Positions 58,291 through 64,000 of a stretch of DNA of 64,000 bases are shown piece after piece. The stretch is taken from the IMG/VR virus record IMGVR_UViG_3300022701_000122, positions 64,001 through 128,000 of that record. One strand, written 5' to 3'. The stretch is from a virus. The notes beneath the pieces were generated by a model that was not told the origin of the DNA, searched no databases, and saw only the letters and a list, made by a program, of their open reading frames with translations. A program made the translations under genes and the position numbers. Position 1 is the stretch's first letter, and the number at the start of each line of letters is the position of its first letter.

Positions 58291-58656
58291 ATGTTTATAT
58301 CAGAACAATACTTAACTGAAATGTCTGTTACTGTAAAATATAAACGAAAATTATTTGATGCTATTGTTTGCCCAAATAGTGGCTTATATTTTTTAGCTGA
58401 TTTTAATGATTGGTCTATAGAATGGGCTGAATATGTTGCTCTTGAAGAAGATATAGATAAAATAACTGAAGATCATTGGAAAGTAATTCATTTTATTCGA
58501 AGTTATTACTCTAAATATAATAGACCACCACGTTTAAGAACAATATTTCGTAAAACTGGATTTAAGTTAATGCATATTTATGAACTATTCCCAAATGGTC
58601 CTGGTCGTGGTGCTGGACGAATGGCTGGACTCCCATATAAACAACTTCCGATATAA
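58291..58656 (+). CDS. dsrC: DsrC/TusE-family protein lacking both conserved C-terminal cysteines, with N-terminal leader
   Basis: FLADFNDWSIEWAEYV, EDHWKVIHFIRSYY, KTGFKL..IYELFP.GPGRGAGRMAGLP; GAC to GAG and terminal GCV to LPI. Confidence 0.92.
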   Translation: MFISEQYLTEMSVTVKYKRKLFDAIVCPNSGLYFLADFNDWSIEWAEYVALEEDIDKITEDHWKVIHFIRSYYSKYNRPPRLRTIFRKTGFKLMHIYELFPNGPGRGAGRMAGLPYKQLPI

Positions 58657-58682
58657 TACATAAATAAAAGTTCAGATAATTT

Positions 58683-58725
58683 AATAAAGCGTATCTATTT
58701 TATAATAGATACGCTTTATTTTTTT
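58683..58725 (+). terminator. Rho-independent terminator
   Basis: AATAAAGCGTATCTATT/AATAGATACGCTTTATT 17-bp stem + T-run. Confidence 0.9.
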
Positions 58726-58747
58726 AATAAAATTAAGGAAATATGAA

Positions 58748-58762
58748 GGACAAACTACAAAT
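58748..58762 (+). promoter_or_regulatory. GGACAAA motif, putative phage promoter
   Basis: GAAGGACAAACTACAAAT after a terminator, before the beta' C-half. Confidence 0.7.
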
Positions 58763-58831
58763 GAATATATTAATATAATCTAAATAAAATAAGATAATAA
58801 TATATATAGTTACAACAACGCTATTTAAACA

Positions 58832-61615
58832 ATGAGAGGTCTAAATATGGCGGTTGAGAAAATAACAACGGAAGAAGCAAGAAACATATTGTTAATGATG
58901 AGTCAAGGGTATAAAGTTCCAAAAATTGTAAAAGATGTAATATTTAAAGTTGCTAAGACGGAGATAGAAGATAAAGGGAGAGTCGTAATTATAAAACGCG
59001 ACCCAAATGTGGGATCACGTCGTATGCAGGGTATGTATGCTAAAATAGTTGATGGTAGTACTATGGAAATACATCCTGCTATCGTCGGTGGGTTTGGCGC
59101 AGATTTTGATGGTGACACCGTTAGGTGCAGACTTCGATGCACTTGTAAATTTGAGAAAAACGAAACAGGACATACTGTGAATCACGAATGTCATATAGGA
59201 GAAATTTTATCTGTTACTAATGCATTTGAGTTTTACAGTAAAGAAGAAAAAAGAAATGGTATATTGGTATCGAAATATAAGCCTAAAAAAGGTTATACTG
59301 TAAAAATAAAAGCCATTGATATTGAAACTGGCAATGTTGAGATGAAAAATGTTTCTGAATATTCTATCCACGAATTTATAAAATTATACAAGATAGAAGA
59401 TACAAAAGATAGATTTGAAACGATTCATGCTTCTTCAGATCATTCATTAATCGTTTATGACGATAATGATAAACAGATTAAGAAAATTTCTCCTATAGAC
59501 TTGTTGGAAAATCTTAATAATAGATATTTAATCAAAGAAAATAATAATACTAAATCAAATCATTTAAATGATATATCTATACAAAAACTGCAAGAAATGG
59601 GATTAGAATTAATACCAGTTTCAGAAGTTAATATAGAGTATGATCCAGATGAAACAACTGGATATGATTTAACAGTAGATGATTTCTATACATTTGCAAC
59701 TCATGATGGTTTATTTATTCAAGATACAATGGCTGTTTATCATCCAATTTCAAATGAAGCCCAAAAAGAAGTCAAAGATAAAATGATTTCTACATATGGT
59801 ATAGAAGGATTAAATAAACCAAATTTTGAGTTATCAAAAGAAATGTTGACTGGTATTTTCACTCTTACATATGATGAGAATAAAAAATCTCAAATCAAAA
59901 CTATAAAAAAAGCAGATGAAGCGAATACGTTACCCATTGATCAACGTGTTAAATTCAATGATATAGAAACAACTGCTGGTAGAGTTGTATTTAATAGTAA
60001 TTTACCAAAATATATTCCATTTGTTAATGAACCAATTGATAAAAAGAAATTAAATGGAATACTTGCAGGTATATTAGAAAAAAGTATTCAAGACAATGCC
60101 ACTACAATTGATAAATTAATGAGAATTGGATTTTTTTATGCTACTGTATACCCAAAAACTATGTCTATCGATATGATGAAATTAAATCCAAAACTTATTA
60201 AACTTAAACAAAAATTAGCCAATGAAGAAGATATTGCCAGACAAATGGATATTCAGAATGAAATGGAATCTGAAATGTTGAAATATCTTGAAAAAAATCA
60301 TAGCGATATTTTTTATATGGTTAAAAGTGGTGGAGCTAAAGGGAGTAATCAGATACGTCAATTAATGGTTGCGAAGGGATTAACATCAGACCCAATGGGA
60401 AATGTTATACCAGCAATTTCTACCAGTATTTCTGATGGTTATTCTCCAGAAGAATATTTTAAAGTGTCTGCTGCTGGAAGGAAGGGTATAATTGATAGAG
60501 CATTAAACACCGCTAACGGTGGATATGCTTATAGAAAATTTATCTTCTTAATGGCGAATGTTGAAGCAGATATAAATATTGGTGATTGTGATACTCCAAG
60601 AACATTAGATATCAAACTAACTAATGAATTGATGAAAAGAATGCCTGGAAGATATGTATATAATAATAGTAATAAGATAATTCCCATTAATGAAAAAATG
60701 ATTGGAAATGTTATAAAATTAAGATCTCCAATATTCTGTAGATCACAAAAGATTTGTAGAATTTGTTATGGTGATTTATTGAAACAATTGAAGAGTAAAA
60801 ATGTAGGTATTCTGGCTAGTATGACCTGCACCAGCCTTTCAGAGCGCATAATGAAAGCATTTCATCTTGGTGGTGCTGTTATATTAAATAGAGTTGATAT
60901 TATAAATGAAATTATGGATAATTTAAATGATGATATGTTGCAAAAAGTTAAATCATTAGTTCATCAGAAGGAAGATGACTTATTCAATGATTCTGAATTT
61001 GCAACTATAAGAATAGATAAAAATATATATAATTCAACTATACCATCAAATAGAATAGTCGAAGAACATGGTTTTATAAAATTAGTAGTTGGTCATTTTA
61101 CATTATCTTTAGATGGGTTTGAAATAAATGTTGAAATAGAACAACCAGTTAAAATATATATTCCAGAAGAACGAGAAGATAATGATAATATAATATCTTG
61201 TATGTACGCAAAAGGAGATAAATTATTTAGAATTGAATCAATAAGAGAAGATTTTTCAAAATTGGCTCAGAATCTTGATGGGTTGGTTGCTGGAAAGTCT
61301 CCGTGGTCAAGTATTCCCGGTATATATAAGAAATTTTATAAACAGTTAAGTGTTGTTGGATCATGGGATTCAGTTCATTTAGAAACTATTATTTCAAATG
61401 TATTGAGAGCAAAGCGTAATCCACAAAAACCAGCAAGATTGGTTGAACCATTTGATCCAGATTTTTATTCAATTAAGAGATTGCCAGGAATGATGTCATG
61501 GCCCCTTGGCGTAGCCCTCGAAAATTTTTCTGTGGGGTTGCAAAGTGGGCTATGTGAGGATCGTGCTCCATCATCTCAAATTGAAAAAGTATTATTTGGA
61601 GAACCATTGTATTAA
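58832..61615 (+). CDS. rpoC: RNA polymerase beta' subunit, catalytic C-terminal part, with intein
   Basis: KRDP, GADFDGD|TMAVYHP after splicing, SGGAKG, bridge helix RKGIIDRALNTANGGYAYRK, Zn site RSPIFC..ICRICYG, trigger loop KAFHLGG, VHLETII; start probably 58847. Confidence 0.95.
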   Translation: MRGLNMAVEKITTEEARNILLMMSQGYKVPKIVKDVIFKVAKTEIEDKGRVVIIKRDPNVGSRRMQGMYAKIVDGSTMEIHPAIVGGFGADFDGDTVRCRLRCTCKFEKNETGHTVNHECHIGEILSVTNAFEFYSKEEKRNGILVSKYKPKKGYTVKIKAIDIETGNVEMKNVSEYSIHEFIKLYKIEDTKDRFETIHASSDHSLIVYDDNDKQIKKISPIDLLENLNNRYLIKENNNTKSNHLNDISIQKLQEMGLELIPVSEVNIEYDPDETTGYDLTVDDFYTFATHDGLFIQDTMAVYHPISNEAQKEVKDKMISTYGIEGLNKPNFELSKEMLTGIFTLTYDENKKSQIKTIKKADEANTLPIDQRVKFNDIETTAGRVVFNSNLPKYIPFVNEPIDKKKLNGILAGILEKSIQDNATTIDKLMRIGFFYATVYPKTMSIDMMKLNPKLIKLKQKLANEEDIARQMDIQNEMESEMLKYLEKNHSDIFYMVKSGGAKGSNQIRQLMVAKGLTSDPMGNVIPAISTSISDGYSPEEYFKVSAAGRKGIIDRALNTANGGYAYRKFIFLMANVEADINIGDCDTPRTLDIKLTNELMKRMPGRYVYNNSNKIIPINEKMIGNVIKLRSPIFCRSQKICRICYGDLLKQLKSKNVGILASMTCTSLSERIMKAFHLGGAVILNRVDIINEIMDNLNDDMLQKVKSLVHQKEDDLFNDSEFATIRIDKNIYNSTIPSNRIVEEHGFIKLVVGHFTLSLDGFEINVEIEQPVKIYIPEEREDNDNIISCMYAKGDKLFRIESIREDFSKLAQNLDGLVAGKSPWSSIPGIYKKFYKQLSVVGSWDSVHLETIISNVLRAKRNPQKPARLVEPFDPDFYSIKRLPGMMSWPLGVALENFSVGLQSGLCEDRAPSSQIEKVLFGEPLY
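59117..59725 (+). mobile_element. Atypical mini-intein (~203 aa) directly after the DFDGD motif
   Basis: Block B ASSDHSL, block F GYDLTV..YTF...G, ends QD followed by Thr; begins TVRC rather than Cys/Ser. Confidence 0.82.
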
Positions 61616-61696
61616 AAATTACCATATATATTAAATAATAAAGAGATGTTCTCATCATTATTTTTTCATTGTTTAATATATAAGGAGAGTTATATT

Positions 61697-63988
61697 ATGA
61701 CTGTAAAATGTGAAATTTGTGGAAGAGAATTTGAAAAAGTATTGGGTTTATCGAGACATATTGCTCATGCTATTAAAAATGATAATGTACGACATAATGG
61801 GATAACTGTAAGAGAATATTATGATAAATATATAAAAATTGATGAGAATGAAGGGATATGTCCAACTTGTGGATCAGAAACAGATTTTAAATCTATGGGG
61901 CGAGGTTATTCTAAATATTGTCCAAATAGAAAATGTTTAAGAATGAGTAAAGAAACTATAAATAAAAGAAAACAAACTAATTTAGAAAAATATGGTGTTG
62001 AAAACCCATTATCAAATAAAGAAGTTCAAGAAAAACGAAAACAAACATTTATTAAAAATTATGGAGTAGATAACCCATTAAAAAATAAAGATATTCAAAA
62101 AAAAGTAAAAAGGACTTGTTTAGAAAAATATGGTGTTGAAAACCCATTATCAAATAAAGAAGTTCAAGAAAAACGAAAACAAACAATGGTTAGACGATAT
62201 GGTGTTGAAATATCGATTCAAAATAAAGAAATAAAAGATAAAATAAAGAAAACTAATATAGAGCGATATGGTGTAGATAATCCTGGAAAGTCTAAACAAG
62301 TTCAAGAAAAAATGAAGAAGACTAATATAGAACGACATGGTGTAGAAAATGTGTTTATGATAGATTCTTTTCAAGAAAAAAGAAAGAAATCAATGATTAA
62401 AAAATATGGTGCAGAATATCCAATTCAAAATAAAGAAATAAAAAATAAAATAAAGAAAACTAATATAGATCGATATGGTGTAGAAAACCCATTACAAAAT
62501 AAAGAAATAAAAGATAAAATAAAGAAAACTAATTTAGAACGGTATGGTACTGAATTTGGTCTTTCTTCAGAAGAAGTAAGAAAAAAAATTGAACAAACAA
62601 ATACGGATAGATATGGTGTTAAGTCAACTCTTTCAGTTCCAGAAGTTCAAGAAAAAATAAGACAGACTAATATTAAAAGATATGGTGTAGAATATCCGAT
62701 TCAGAATAAAGAAATAAAAGATAAAATAAAGAAAACTAATTTAGAGCGATATGGTGTAGATAATGTGTTTATGTCTGACAAAATAAAGAAGCGAATTAAA
62801 GAAATTAATTTAGAACGATATGGTATAGAATATCCAGCTAAAAACAAAGAAATTTATGATAAAGTTAGAAAAACAAATATGAAGAGATATGGAGTAAGAA
62901 ACTATTCACAATCAAACGAATATAAAGAAAAAATTCAAAAATATTGGTTTAACAGATTAATGAGTAATAAAACTATATTATCCAAAGTTGAACCATTATT
63001 TACTATAGATGATTTTGATGGTTTTTCAGATGGTCAAGAGTACACATTTAAATGTAAAAAATGTGATTCTATTTTTAATGGTAGAATAACAAATGGGTTA
63101 ATTCCAAGATGTTATACATGTTATCCGTCTCATGGTACATCAATAGGTGAAAGAGAAATATCTGAATTTTGTGAACAATATACAGAAGTTATAAATAATA
63201 GTAGATCTATATTAGAAGATGGAAAAGAAATAGATATATTTTTACCAGAATTTAATATTGGTATAGAATTTGATGGGTTATACTGGCATAGTGAATATAT
63301 TATAAATAAAGATTATCATCTTAATAAAACACTAAATGCTTTAGCTGTTGGGATTAATCTTATTCATATTTTTGAAGATGAGTGGTATTCCAAATCAGAA
63401 ATAATAAAGTCTATGTTGCTTTATAGAATGGGTAAAATAGAAAATAGAATATATGGAAGAAAATGTGAAATAAGAGAAGTATCTAAAAAAGATGAAATAA
63501 CATTTTTAGATAATAATCATATAAGCGGATACGTTGGATCAAAAATAGCTATTGGATTATATTATGAAGATGAACTTATATCAATAATGACATTTGGTAA
63601 ATCAAGATTTAATAAGAAATATAATTATGAACTAATACGATTTTGCAATAAATTATTTACTACTGTTATTGGTGGAGCATCAAAATTATTCAAATATTTT
63701 ATTTCAAATTATTCTATTTATTCTATTATTTCATATTGTAATATGAGATTTTCTACAGATGGCTTTTATTCAAAAATTGGGTTTGATTTAATTGATATTA
63801 GTAGACCAAATTATTTTTACGTTAATAGTAGTAATATACGTGAATCGAGAATTAAATATCAAAAACACAAATTAAAAGATAAATTAGAGACTTTTGATAA
63901 TAAATTAACAGAGTATGAGAATATGCAATTAAATGGATATTATAGAATTTATGATTGTGGAAATTTAGTTTATACATGGGAGAAGTGA
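61697..63988 (+). CDS. Zn-finger + 23-aa repeat + PD-(D/E)XK nuclease (homing-endonuclease-like)
   Basis: AAGGAG RBS before ATG 61697 (track start 61646); CEICG..H..H, CPTC; EIDIF...IEFDGLYWH; IHIFEDEW. Confidence 0.75.
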   Translation: MTVKCEICGREFEKVLGLSRHIAHAIKNDNVRHNGITVREYYDKYIKIDENEGICPTCGSETDFKSMGRGYSKYCPNRKCLRMSKETINKRKQTNLEKYGVENPLSNKEVQEKRKQTFIKNYGVDNPLKNKDIQKKVKRTCLEKYGVENPLSNKEVQEKRKQTMVRRYGVEISIQNKEIKDKIKKTNIERYGVDNPGKSKQVQEKMKKTNIERHGVENVFMIDSFQEKRKKSMIKKYGAEYPIQNKEIKNKIKKTNIDRYGVENPLQNKEIKDKIKKTNLERYGTEFGLSSEEVRKKIEQTNTDRYGVKSTLSVPEVQEKIRQTNIKRYGVEYPIQNKEIKDKIKKTNLERYGVDNVFMSDKIKKRIKEINLERYGIEYPAKNKEIYDKVRKTNMKRYGVRNYSQSNEYKEKIQKYWFNRLMSNKTILSKVEPLFTIDDFDGFSDGQEYTFKCKKCDSIFNGRITNGLIPRCYTCYPSHGTSIGEREISEFCEQYTEVINNSRSILEDGKEIDIFLPEFNIGIEFDGLYWHSEYIINKDYHLNKTLNALAVGINLIHIFEDEWYSKSEIIKSMLLYRMGKIENRIYGRKCEIREVSKKDEITFLDNNHISGYVGSKIAIGLYYEDELISIMTFGKSRFNKKYNYELIRFCNKLFTTVIGGASKLFKYFISNYSIYSIISYCNMRFSTDGFYSKIGFDLIDISRPNYFYVNSSNIRESRIKYQKHKLKDKLETFDNKLTEYENMQLNGYYRIYDCGNLVYTWEK
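61970..62935 (+). repeat. 14 tandem 69-bp (23-aa) coding repeats KxTNLERYGVENP
   Basis: 14 YG[VATI]/HGV units counted; 61981-62047 is identical to 62119-62185. Confidence 0.92.
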
Positions 63989-64000
63989 TTTAAATGGAAA

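Noticed and set aside
2557-62374. All minus-strand ORFs in the track (e.g. 27241-27738, 35115-35501, 54084-54494) and short off-frame plus ORFs (8820, 48863)
   Set aside because: They lie antisense to or within well-supported genes, have no recognisable motifs, and are typical shadow ORFs
1748-63988. Stop-codon reassignment, as in some jumbo phages
   Set aside because: Genes are full length and densely packed in code 11; TAA, TAG and TGA all terminate genes sensibly

Overview
AT-rich 64 kb segment of a jumbo (huge) tailed-phage genome. All credible genes are on the + strand in the standard code, after ~1.5 kb of non-coding, palindrome-rich DNA. It encodes replication and repair genes (clamp loader, primase, 5'-3' exonuclease, SNase, Holliday-junction resolvase, LigD phosphoesterase, RecA/UvsX) and nucleotide synthesis genes (ThyA-type synthase with two inteins only 5 residues apart; class II RNR NrdJ with two inteins). 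T4-like virion genes include a neck protein, LysM baseplate wedge, gp5/VgrG spike, PAAR and a 4675-aa DUF2341/LamG fibre. A multisubunit RNA polymerase beta' is split into two genes, with an atypical intein at the DFDGD catalytic motif. An IS200/IS605 element (RHH-tnpA-tnpB) sits precisely inside a tail-associated gene. Best novel candidate: the cassette between the beta' halves (56277-58656), where three genes share a 10-residue N-terminal leader ending in Glu, resembling T4 capsid-targeting sequences. One of them is a full-length DsrC homologue lacking both functional cysteines and another is a His-less papain-like protein, suggesting virion-delivered decoy effectors against a sulfate-reducing host (inference). 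Also notable are a ~130-nt structured RNA showing repeated UGGU motifs and a recurrent GGACAAAnnnnAAAT promoter-like motif. All family assignments come from motif recognition by eye; no database searches were run.
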